A DNA stretch of 64,000 nucleotides from the NCBI GenBank assembly GCA_907165135.1, contig OU015568.1, forward strand, positions 13,764,001 to 13,828,000. Reading direction: 5' to 3'. The notes under the pieces were generated by a model. It made no database searches, was not told the origin of the DNA, and saw only the letters and a list, made by a program, of their open reading frames with translations. The stretch comes from Oikopleura dioica (taxonomy: Eukaryota > Animalia > Chordata). Both the position numbers and the translations under genes were made by a program. Below, one piece after another: positions 14,852-24,884 of the stretch. Each line of letters begins with the position of its first letter. Within the stretch, counting starts at the first letter, position 1.

Positions 14852-15575
14852 AGTAGTTATAGTAGTGACTGACCATTTGATAATTTTTCTGGGAGTCGAT
14901 TGGTAGAGAGCAGTGGAGCACTGAACCATGGTACGCATGGCTCAGTGCGGGGTGAAGGCCCCTCAGGGCCTTCTTGCCAGTCATCAGACACCAAAATGAG
15001 AGCATTAACACCACCACCAAAGTGCAGATGCACATGCATTACATGCATGCACCATCTTACACTATAGGGCGGCGTGATTTTCAGTCCACTCCACTGTAGC
15101 GCTTTTCTAATGGTCAGTCACTACTATTTCGCCTATTAAATAAAAAAAATTATTTTAAACGCACTATCCCCCATTTCTAACGCTACTGAACGTTTTTATG
15201 CTATCCCCTTACTCTTAACTTATCTCTAACCCTAACAAAGCTACGTTTAGAAAAAGAAAATACGCTAACTTGTGCTTATGCCCCGCTTCTCTTCGCTGCA
15301 CCGACCAGCGCTCCAATCCCAGCGCGCCATTCGGAGCGCAGATCCACGCTCAAGGATTAACTCGCCTTCCCCCCGCCTCCGCTCTTTCTTCCGGTTAGTC
15401 ATCTTCCTCTAGAACATTCTATCCATCGATTCTCTCGAACATTCTTTCTCACCATTGATTTTTAGCTCTGCCCGCCCGCCCCGCGCCGCGTCAACAACAA
15501 CGACGACTTCTTATCACGCTGCTGCCGCTGCTGAATTATCTGCTGGACGCTCAATCTTTTCTCACTAGCCAAACA
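14852..15575 (+). repeat. Left terminal inverted repeat of the Maverick (724 bp)
   Basis: Reverse complement of 55664-56388. The only differences I noticed are one substitution and a 1-bp homopolymer difference near the inner end. Confidence 0.95.
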
Positions 15576-15615
15576 TTTATTTCTCTAAATTTTATTTTGG
15601 TAAGTCAACAAGGTA

Positions 15616-15789
15616 TTACGGTGGGATGGTTGTAAAACGGTGGGGGAAAAGTTCTTCGTCGCTATAAATTGGGGGAAGGTTTGTGATCACAATGAAGACA
15701 ACGGCGGCGAAAGTAGCAGACATTAGCACGCAAAAGCAACATCCGAGTATGATGCTTTCCAGGACAACTTGAATAATATTGGTAGCCAT
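15616..15789 (-). CDS. Small hydrophobic (1 TM) hypothetical protein
   Basis: MATNIIQVVLESIILGCCFCVLMSATFAAVVFIVITNLPP...; ATG at 15789 within ORF 15616-15888. Confidence 0.4.
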   Translation of the reverse strand: MATNIIQVVLESIILGCCFCVLMSATFAAVVFIVITNLPPIYSDEELFPHRFTTIPP

Positions 15790-16612
15790 TTTGCTTGTTT
15801 TTGTTTTTTCAGTTTTGCAAATTTTATACTCGAAAGAAACATTTTGCGTGTTATATGTTCTTTCGCAGGTGCGGTCCAACTGGTGCACCTCTGCATTTTA
15901 TGCAATCAGCCGCCACTTATCGACCTCTCCTACCAAACAAAGTACTTTTGGGTTAAGTACCTCTTTGATGTTTTAGCTACAGGTCTTTCTCACTATTAAT
16001 TTTAGCTTTGCCCGCGTCGCGCTGCACTGCCAACAAGAACGATTTCTTATCACGCTGCCTGGGCGCTCAACCTTTTCCCACAAGCCAAACACCGTAATAC
16101 CTTTCACTGCCTAAATCCTCCTATCTTTCAATAAAACCAAATATACTTGAACAAATGAAACATTTTAACATCGGTTCGTTTTCTTGACGCAAGCATCAAT
16201 CTCAATAGTAATTTTACGGCCCTGATTTCCAGCGCACATTTTCTCGCGCCCTTGGATATAACTTTCAATGAATCGATGGCGTAAGCTCTGCCTTCAAATA
16301 CGATGGCCCGCATCTTTCGATTTTACTTTAGACTTTTCACAAGGAAACGATTTCACAGTCCTTATTTTTCGCATATATAACCGCAGAGCTAAGTAAAGAC
16401 TCTACACTTTTAAAATGCTCCTTTAGCTGCAATAACGAAATCGCTACAGAGTTTTATTGTCAATTAAAAATATGATTTTTTGAAATGTCCAGCAAGATCA
16501 GGAAACACAATGGCAATGCCACTACAACGAGCTTAAATAAGAGAAAATAAAAATTATAAAAAGTAAGTCCTTCATGATTTCAACCATCTCTAAAGGGTTC
16601 TTCAGAAAAAAA

Positions 16613-17359
16613 TAAAATGACCACAGAAGATATACCGACATCTGAAGACTTTCCAGAGAGATAATTAACTTTATAAAATGAATAATCTAAAGCTCACCTG
16701 AATCCTTTGAAGTGCTCACTAATTGTTTTTTAGAAATGAATATTTATAAAATGTATCGTTTCTTTTTTCGATTTTTCATTGATCCGAACAGTTGTCCAGA
16801 ATATAAAATGTTTCGTGATTTTTCTTTGACTTTGGATAATGCTTTACTAGAACTTAAAATGAAACTAAAATATTTCCTAATTAGTTGTAGAAATACTGAA
16901 TTTATTTGTAAATTTAAAATGAATTCTAATTTTTTACTCGTGCGAGTGTAATGCCGAACTAATATAAAATGAAACTCAAAAGTTTCTCATTTTCTTGAGG
17001 AAGAATCGAATCTGTAATTCAACAAAAATGTTTTAAACTTTATAAAATGCGCCACGATTTCTTATGACTTTTAAATAATCATAGAGACTTTCTTTATTAA
17101 AATGATGCTTGAAAATTTCTGATAAATCGAACTTAATCCACAATTGAAAATAAAATGAACCTTTATTAATGCAACGTGCGTGATAGACAACCTCTTTAAA
17201 ATGAAGCTTAATGTAGGTAAATGATGAATAAAGCAAGGTTATCAAAATAAAATGACTCTGTATCAATGCAATTTGCGTAGTAAATACAATTTATATTAAA
17301 ATAAAATGAATCCACACTGTCATTCTCATTCATCCTTAGATATATTCGAATTTAAAATG
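16613..17359 (+). repeat. Array of 14 TAAAATG motifs with non-repetitive spacers (46-78 bp period)
   Basis: The motif ATG falls at 16617, 16678, 16751, 16808, 16859, 16919, 16969, 17047, 17102, 17155, 17201, 17252, 17306 and 17357. Confidence 0.85.
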
Positions 17360-17561
17360 AAACTAAAGTTGTAATTCTTTTTCGCCGTTTAACGAAATCA
17401 TTTTGAATATAATGATACTTAATTTCTACTAGTCTTTGAATCTCAAATGAAGCTTTATGATCGATCACATATTGAACAATCTGCATTTTCTTAAAAAACT
17501 TTCAAATAAACTTTTAATTTTGAAATTTGCAAATTATTTTTATTTGCAGGAATGAATGAGT

Positions 17562-17885
17562 TTATATGTTATGTACAGTGACTATTTGCAGTTGAATGTT
17601 ATTTACAGTTTCTTCTGAAGCCTTTTTGCAGTGGGCAACAAGTGTTCGAAGAAGTGTAGCGAAAATGATGATCCAGAAAATGTGGAAGGCAAGTGTGATC
17701 CAAAATGAAGTAATTACAAATGCAGCGAAAATGGCCAAAAGAGCAAATGAGAGGATTCCAAACTTGATAATGTCGGTCATCTTCTTCTTTCTTCTTTCTT
17801 CTTTTTCTGAAAACAAGATTTTTTGATTTAATGAATTCTGAAATTTCTCCGCCCTTAAATGTAGACTTTCCAGCTGTTTATGCAA
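17562..17885 (-). CDS. Small membrane protein, hypothetical
   Basis: Long hydrophobic stretch IIKFGILSFALLAIFAAFVITSFWITLAFHIFWIIIFATLL (1-2 TM). Confidence 0.45.
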   Translation of the reverse strand: MHKQLESLHLRAEKFQNSLNQKILFSEKEERRKKKMTDIIKFGILSFALLAIFAAFVITSFWITLAFHIFWIIIFATLLRTLVAHCKKASEETVNNIQLQIVTVHNI

Positions 17886-18161
17886 GCAGATTTTTTACAC
17901 CTGGACTTGGTTTCATTAAATGAGAATCTGGTTGTCATTAAGCTCGATAACAATCTTAATTGGTTCGATCTATTTTAATGAGCTTTCTCCTTAATTAAAA
18001 ATTTAAGTTTCACTTAAATATTATATTTCTTCTCAAAGCCATCCTAAACCTTTTGCAGTCTGCACTTTATTAATTGCACGAAAAATTTGAAATCAACAAC
18101 GAGATAAAAGTATTTCTTTATATTTATTCATCGATTGTCGAACAGAATGTTTATAAAAAAA

Positions 18162-18698
18162 TCACTTTTTGTCTTCGGCTTTCTTTTCGGTCTCATTGTC
18201 GCTTCCAGATGAGTCGTTTTCGGCGCTTTTCAGAAGTCTCCGAGCCGCCTTTTTTTCTTCTTCTTCGCGCATTTGAGTGGTAGATCGTAGTTCTCGACGC
18301 AAAAGCATCAAATGAGGATCATTATTGACGGTAGATCCATAATAATTATAATCCCGTTTGTTTATCATGATCGTAAAATTATCGAAATTTTCGCCAGAAC
18401 GAATTCTATCTCGAAGTTTACGCGGCACCTTGAGATTTTTTCGTTTGATTATTTCGGCAAGAGTCGACGCTGGAATAAAAAAGTTGTCGCCTCCTGCAAC
18501 TTTCCAAAGTCGATATCCCATATAGGGCTCGAATTTCTTATTTCCATCGCCGATAATTTCTTCGCATTTTTGAATATATTCGTCGCGGGTCATCTGACAA
18601 GGCCGGAGAGCGGGCGCTCGTTGTTGTTCGCACTCGTCCGAGGAGCACGAATCTTCGCCCATTGTTGCAGGAGTATTCATTTGAAAACCTTCAGTCAT
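18162..18698 (-). CDS. Hypothetical protein, 178 aa, charged C-terminus
   Basis: Open frame with ATG and protein-like composition; no domain recognised. Confidence 0.6.
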   Translation of the reverse strand: MTEGFQMNTPATMGEDSCSSDECEQQRAPALRPCQMTRDEYIQKCEEIIGDGNKKFEPYMGYRLWKVAGGDNFFIPASTLAEIIKRKNLKVPRKLRDRIRSGENFDNFTIMINKRDYNYYGSTVNNDPHLMLLRRELRSTTQMREEEEKKAARRLLKSAENDSSGSDNETEKKAEDKK

Positions 18699-18993
18699 TT
18701 TCTTGCTTGTACTTTTATTGAAGTCAAGTACGCCAAAGAAATTACGCAGCCGAATTTAAAGTTTTTCGCACCTGGCCGGAAGGAAGTAAAAATAAGCGTT
18801 GAATGTTGTTGACATTTACCGTAGGATGTTTTGGGCAAAAAATCTCTCGAACGTGTTTTTCTAGAGATACCGTTGTTTTCCGAGAAAACCGCATCTCTAG
18901 AACATCTCCCTATGTTTTGAAAAATTGTTGAAAATCGTCAGTTTGTCTTTTCAAGCAGTCGAGGAAAGGTCAAAAGCGTTATTTTTGCCAAAA

Positions 18994-20061
18994 ATGGTAA
19001 GTTATTATTCGTCTTTATTTTTATGAAATAATTTAAAATAACTGTGGCTCATATTTATTCGATTTTCTAGCGAACACGATCCATCTCATCTCGGTTTTCT
19101 CGGTTGAGCTCAAATCTCCGGGAAGCCGAGCGACATCTTCGTACCTTAAGGCTCGAAATCTTCGGCAGCGAGGCTTCTTCTGACTCTCCAAGCTCCACCA
19201 CGGATGTCGACATGTCCGACAACGAAAATTCTCGGGGGCTTCTAAAGTTTACCGAGTTGGGGTCGCTCAAGGACCGATCTCACCCCCTCGAGCAGCGATG
19301 GCGACTTCAGGCCCAACAACGAGAGACCCAAGAAAACGAGATTCTTCGTCAAGCGGCGGTGCTCCGAGACGAGCCGATTGCGGAGGAAAATCGACGCGAC
19401 TTGCTTAATCGACTCGACCAGCGAAACCGACGATCTCAGCAGGCTGGTCCTTCAAGCGAGGAGCCTACTGAAACCGAGCAAGCTCGTCAAGGTCCAAGCC
19501 GGGGCGCGCGATTTGGCGAAAAAGGCGGCGTCGGTCCTGCTTTTACCCGGGGTATGAACGGAATCTTCAACACCATCGACGATGCTGCTCGTAATCCTGG
19601 CAAAGCGTTGCGAAAAGCCCTTACTCCGGGTAAAAAAACCCCGGGTAAAAAAACTCCTGCCAAGAAGACGCCAGGCCGTAAAACTCCTGGAAAGAAGAGT
19701 GCGAAGAAGCTGGCTGGCGCAATGGTCCGAGGTCGACGTAAGTTTATTCTTTTTTGACGCGTACTTATATTCTTTAGGGGAGAAATTCCAGCAACCCCCT
19801 CGTGACCAGAAGGATCACTGCGAAGAGCTTCCTGCCCAGTTAGTGGTGCGAATGTTGGGCGAGTATTTGTCCGTCGACGACCAGGAAATCTTGGCGGAGA
19901 AAGCGGCGGAGTTGGAAAGCGCCTTCGAACAGCGCTTCGGCACCTTTTGGGACGACGTCGTGTCTGGACGCTGCAGGGTCACGTTCTTGACGAAGGGCGG
20001 TAGATCCTGGAATGTCGACGGGCCCAAATGGGAAACCAACGCCGAAGAACAAGACGACTAA
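18994..20061 (+). CDS. Spliced ~317-aa protein with KKTPG-repeat tail and putative divergent histone H3/CenH3-like fold
   Basis: Exons 18994-18996 (ATG only), 19071-19737 and 19778-20061; both GTAAGT..AG introns join in frame. N-terminus MRTRS. The C-terminal RDQK..LPAQLVVR..LESAFEQRFGTFWDD..RVTFLTK aligns by eye with H3 RYQK..LPFQRLVR..LQEASEAYLVGLFED..RVTIMPK. Confidence 0.6.
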
Positions 20062-20364
20062 AGTTCGCCTGCAGAAAAGACAAATTTATGCGCTTTTAAA
20101 GAGCTGCAAATAAAAACAATTTATTTCTAGAGACTGTGTCTTTATTGTTGAATATAAGCGGTTTGATAAGTAGCGGTAGAAATAGAGGCTAGTCGAAGGG
20201 ATCGTTTGTTGAAGTGAAATGGTAGCGCTCCAAAGCTACTCTGTAGTGGACGTTGAGAGTGAATTGTAGATCGCGAGCAATTTTCAGAGCTTTTCGAACG
20301 GTTGCTCCGTACTTATCGCGGCGTAAAACAGCGGCTTTCCAAAGGGGTTCGTTTAAAGTTTTTC

Positions 20365-20595
20365 TTACTTTGGCGAGTCGGTGGCAGTGCTTAGTTCTAA
20401 TGTTAATATTTCAGTAAGTTTTCTTACATTTGGAATCAGATGTTCATAAAGCACCATTTCATCGTTCGCGCAGATAAATGCCAGTCGCACTGTATTGATA
20501 AACAGCCTGGATATGTAAATAAACGCTTTCATTTGGTCGAGATCTTGTGAAATTTTCTGGCGATATGCGCTAAGCTCCTGTTGAGTGTGACCCAT
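20365..20595 (-). CDS. Small hypothetical protein, paralog of 20720-21130
   Basis: Shares an E..AY......L..M..F...V..EH.IP pattern with the neighbouring gene. Confidence 0.55.
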   Translation of the reverse strand: MGHTQQELSAYRQKISQDLDQMKAFIYISRLFINTVRLAFICANDEMVLYEHLIPNVRKLTEILTLELSTATDSPK

Positions 20596-20719
20596 CTTGA
20601 AAAAAAATGGATTAATTTTTGAATTGGCCTATTTATTAAACTAGAAATCGTAAGCATGCAGAAATTTAACGAAAATTAGTCGGAAAAAGAGTGAACTAGA
20701 AAACTAAAGAGAGAAAGAA

Positions 20720-21130
20720 CTAAAATGAAGTGTTGATCAGGGTTAAATAGTAGCGGTCAAAAGCAGGGCGAAAATGGATCTTGAGGGTGTTTTCGAGTTC
20801 CTGCATTTGTTTTCGTATGTCGCGAACTTTCTTGCCGATATCGTCTTCTCGCTTATCAGCGCCTTCCCACATGCGCTGGTCAAACATGGCTTTCATATCG
20901 TCCAAGCGTTTGCAGTGCTAAAAATAAATAACAAAAGTTCCGTTTATCCGCTCTTTTACCTCAGGTATTTTGTGTTCATGAAAGACGATTTTCTCTGGCC
21001 AGACAGCGCTCATGAATTCAATTTCGTCCACAAAGTCTTGTGTGTAAATTCGAAAATCACGCATCTTCCTCAATCCTCTCGTATATTGATCTTCGTACGC
21101 AGCTCGCTCTTCATCAGTTAGGTCGGCCAT
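20720..21130 (-). CDS. Spliced small helical hypothetical protein
   Basis: A 42-bp GT-AG intron at 20918-20959 joins ..EHKIPE to HCKRLDDMKAMF.. in frame. Confidence 0.65.
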
Positions 21131-21354
21131 CTTGAAAGACTGGTGGCATCTGAATTTCGCTCGGCCTTTTATACTCCGACTTGATTTATCGTGAATATCT
21201 TTGAAAAAAGCGCGATTTTTGATTTAGTCATCGGTTTAGCTTTTTCCAACTTTGAGCGAAAAGTAAAATTCTTCGTATAATAAAAAAGTGGCGCCCGAGG
21301 GGAGCGCTCGTCTCGTAGTTCTATTTTCTTTTTACTAGCTTTCATTTTGTAAAC

Positions 21355-22451
21355 ATGTTGATTAAAAGCTTGGAGTTTTTTGAAGACGTAAAAGCGGACT
21401 TTCCTTGTTTTATGGTTGAGAATTCTAATCGTCATTGTCACAATCCGATTCTCCAAACCGTCAAATCTTTGGGCGTTCTAAAGAAACTGCAGCGAATTTC
21501 TTTCTTTATTGAAAGTTATTTCAACAAGGAAACAAACAGAATAGAGAATAGAGTAGTTGTAAGACAACACGAATGGCTTATTGAGTACTCGCCTTCTTTT
21601 TGTGTTCATCAGATGTATCTAAATAAGATATATGATAATTTACCATCAATGACTTCTTACGGTGTAACTTCAAGCGGATGCCCAGCAGTAAACTTCGGTC
21701 GGCGGAAGGTTATGGATCACATGTGCAAAGTGCAGCGCGAGTTCATCTATGATCGCAACTTACCTGAAGGATTTTTTTGCAACATTCAGAAGGTTATTTA
21801 TCCGAATTTGAAAGAGGTCTTTTTCTCATTGAATCCTGGCAAAAATTGTGATTACCCTTTTCGCATACTTCTCGTTTTATATGGACAGCTCTGGGCTCGA
21901 TCTTTGTTGGAGAAAGATTCACGTTTTCAAACTTTGGACAATCAACCTGACGTCAAAGCAATTGACCATTTTATCGAAAATCTTTTAAAAGAAATCGGAA
22001 TTCCTCATGATGAAATTTACCCTCAACTAGCGCCGCAGGATGAATTTCTGTATCATATTACAATCTGTAGATTAGTTTATGGAAGTTATTACAGATTAGC
22101 GTGCCATCGAATGGCGTATTATTTTGGAAGCGTCTATTCTTCTATGCCGTGGTTTGGAAGCAAGCAAATGTTTCGACGATATATTCAAGACCTAGAAGAA
22201 AAAGCGATGGCTTGCGGTTATACTTTCGTGAGTTTTCTTTTTTCGATGCTTCAATAACGATTAAGTTTCATCCGTTCTTCCTTACGACTAGTGAAGCGTC
22301 CGATATTGCGGCTGATTCTTACGTTCCTCGGCAGGAAGTTAGAAAATTCAATATCTTCAGGAAAATAGCCTTCGAACAATCAAGACCTGCATCTGTTATC
22401 GTTGATCGTGAATGTTTTGATGATATCATTGATTTGTATAGGCATAATTAG
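21355..22451 (+). CDS. Hypothetical protein, tandem paralog A (spliced)
   Basis: 300-aa ORF plus a 38-bp intron at 22228-22265 joining in frame to FHPFF..FRKIAFEQ. Shares REFIY..YPNL..Y.Q.WAR.L.E.D with paralog B. Confidence 0.75.
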
Positions 22452-22563
22452 TAAAATATGGCGTTACATCCGAAGATTGAAAAAGCGCGAATCGATCTAC
22501 TTTTAAGAGCTCTTGAGCGCTGTGTCTAATAAATATCTCTCTTATTCTTACTTTATTTGAATT

Positions 22564-23521
22564 ATGAAAAAAATTTATGAAGAATATACTAGTAATAAAC
22601 TGCATCAATATGATGTTGGAGTCGTGGTTACCCATCAGAATCGATTTCAAAGCGATCAGCCCATTCTTTACGAGTTTTTGTGCAGCGGGGTTACTAGCGT
22701 GTCGTCAAAAATTATGTTTTTTGTAAAAGAGAATATTGACGAAAAAACTGGTACACGGTCTTCTTCGATAGTTATCAGACAAGTTGAGGACTGTATTTCA
22801 CCTGGACCGCCTTCAAATATTCATTCGTCGCCTAACGAGCTGGTAAAAATTAAAAAGAAAACCGTTAAAGAATTTTTGAACGATCGACTTCAAGAAGACG
22901 CGACTTACTGCTTAGGTTATAAAAAAATAAAGAATGGAGTTATCAAGCGGGAATTCATTTACGAAAACAAGAAATTATCGTGTACCGTTCAATGCTACAA
23001 ATATCCAAATCTTACCGTATTTTTTCGAAATTTGAACTTGTTTGGCAAAGCTTTCTTATGTGAAAAGGCGTTATATGCTGCATACGCTCAAATCTGGGCG
23101 CGAGGACTTATGGAAATGGACCCTGCGTACGCGTCGGATAAAAAGAAGATTGATGAGCGCGTTTTTTCTCTATGTCGTGCGGCTCAGATGAAATCTAGTG
23201 AATACATGGTATCAAAAATGGGCGAAGTTACTGTGCATTTTTATTATGTCACTGCAAAAATGTTTCTCCAGCGCGATCGAGGCCAATATTTTGGAGACAA
23301 CAAGGACCTTGGCGAGAAATGGATTGCCCTGCTCAATAGTAAATGTGAGTTTTTTTTTGAAATTTTATTAACTTTATCTAGGGCCAACTCCTGCACTTGA
23401 GCACAATTCGTTCCCCCTGCACTTCCGGAAATATCTTGCTGAACAAAGATGCTGCTGTGCAAACGAAGAATGCGATCAAAGATTTTGCTCCCATAAAGAA
23501 ATGCCGTGTGTTTTTATGTAA
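22564..23521 (+). CDS. Hypothetical protein, tandem paralog B (spliced, Cys-rich C-terminus)
   Basis: 278-aa ORF plus a 37-bp intron at 23345-23381 joining in frame to WPTPALEH..FRKYLAEQRCCCANEEC. Confidence 0.75.
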
Positions 23522-23564
23522 TTTTTTTATTCATGTCAGTATTCAATAAATTTATATTGGAAAT

Positions 23565-24304
23565 CTATTGTGACAGGCCAAACATCCATGGTGCACCACC
23601 CAATCCATCCACCTCTCCGAAGTAATTCGTAATTACTCTTGGTTGATCCGCGTGTCGGACGTCACGTTGAAGTATGATGTAATTGTAGTTGGGGATTCTT
23701 CGTTCTTTGAAGAGCTTCATGGCTTGATTGTAAGGCTCGACCAAGCCGCATTTAGTTGCAATCGTTTTGTTAATTCCACAGTCCGTATGATTGTTCATTA
23801 GAACAAAACTTGTCATGCAGTTTCTAAAAGGAGCGGTTAATTTAAAAAAACATAAAAAATATTGAAGACAAACCTTGCAGTAATGGCCTTTTTGCCCTTC
23901 TCATAAAAATTCTGGGCTATAAAGGCTAACGAGACACCCAAATGTCTACGCCCGTAGGAAAGTAAATATTCACAAGTATCACTTTCAACTGAAGACGACC
24001 ATAAATCGTCTACGACTATTAGGCTTTTACTGTCCGCCTCTATTTGAAAAGTGTCGTCTACCCACTCTCGTGAGGGAAGCCCTTCCATTAGATACAGTTG
24101 TTGGTTACTATGAGGGGTAATATGGAGCGGCTCTAGACGCGGCATAAAATAATATATAGATTCAATATCGCCGTTGATTCCGTCACACTCAATTAGGTTT
24201 TTTACAAAATTACTTTTACCTGTGCCGGTCGAGCCTGCAATAAGCAGTGAACAGGGATGACGGAAGCGAAAGTCGGGGACGAGTTTCGTTAAATGTTGAT
24301 GCAT
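23565..24304 (-). CDS. A32-like (FtsK/HerA) genome-packaging ATPase, 2 exons
   Basis: Walker A GSTGTGKS, Walker B LIVVDD, and the RRH.GVS..FIAQN motif. A 50-bp intron at 23824-23873 restores ITAR|NCMTSFVL. Confidence 0.92.
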
Positions 24305-24675
24305 TTTACGAAAGCGACTTCAAATTGGCCGGCAATCCTTCCTGGGTAGTTCGGAGCGTTGGTGTCTGGCGGCGTGTATCCGTTGATACAGACAATGAGA
24401 GTTTTGTCCTGAAGATCAGTAAGTAGACCTGTCGGCTCGTAGAAGTAATTTCGAATTTCCGCTTCTTCTTGATTCCAATTCCTCGGATTGAAATGAAAGA
24501 AAGCTTCGCGATTTGTTTCCAATTTCTCTTGGCCTGGAAAGTTTATATCTCCAAGCTCAAATTTCTTGATTTTTCCGGTGACCTTGTGAGTTCCGCCGCT
24601 AAGCCAATTTTGGACGTTCAAGTTGTCAATTTTGACTTGAGTATAAGATTCAGCTCTTTTCGCTAGTTCGTCCAT
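24289..24675 (-). CDS. Hypothetical protein, 128 aa, overlapping the ATPase start
   Basis: ATG-initiated ORF with a TATAAAA ~35 bp upstream on the minus strand. Its stop lies inside the first ATPase codons. Confidence 0.65.
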   Translation of the reverse strand: MDELAKRAESYTQVKIDNLNVQNWLSGGTHKVTGKIKKFELGDINFPGQEKLETNREAFFHFNPRNWNQEEAEIRNYFYEPTGLLTDLQDKTLIVCINGYTPPDTNAPNYPGRIAGQFEVAFVKCINI

Positions 24676-24884
24676 TGTTCTGACGATTCTAATTACGGTC
24701 TCTCGCTTTTATACTTCTGTTTTCATGTTTCCGCTAAAGGGCGCTCGCGCCGCGCGTATAAAACCGGATACCGTAACAATTTACCTTTAATCTTATTATT
24801 GTTCCTTTTCAAGTGACAACAAAAAAAGAAAATCAATTATCCAGGTATTTATGCACGAAACTTTTATGTTAATCTGGGATTAAT

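Noticed and set aside
18312-18812. Antisense ORFs such as 18312-18812, 25691-26053, 41222-41608, 42468-42932 and 46135-46560
   Set aside because: They are shadows of better-supported genes on the opposite strand, with composition typical of reverse frames.
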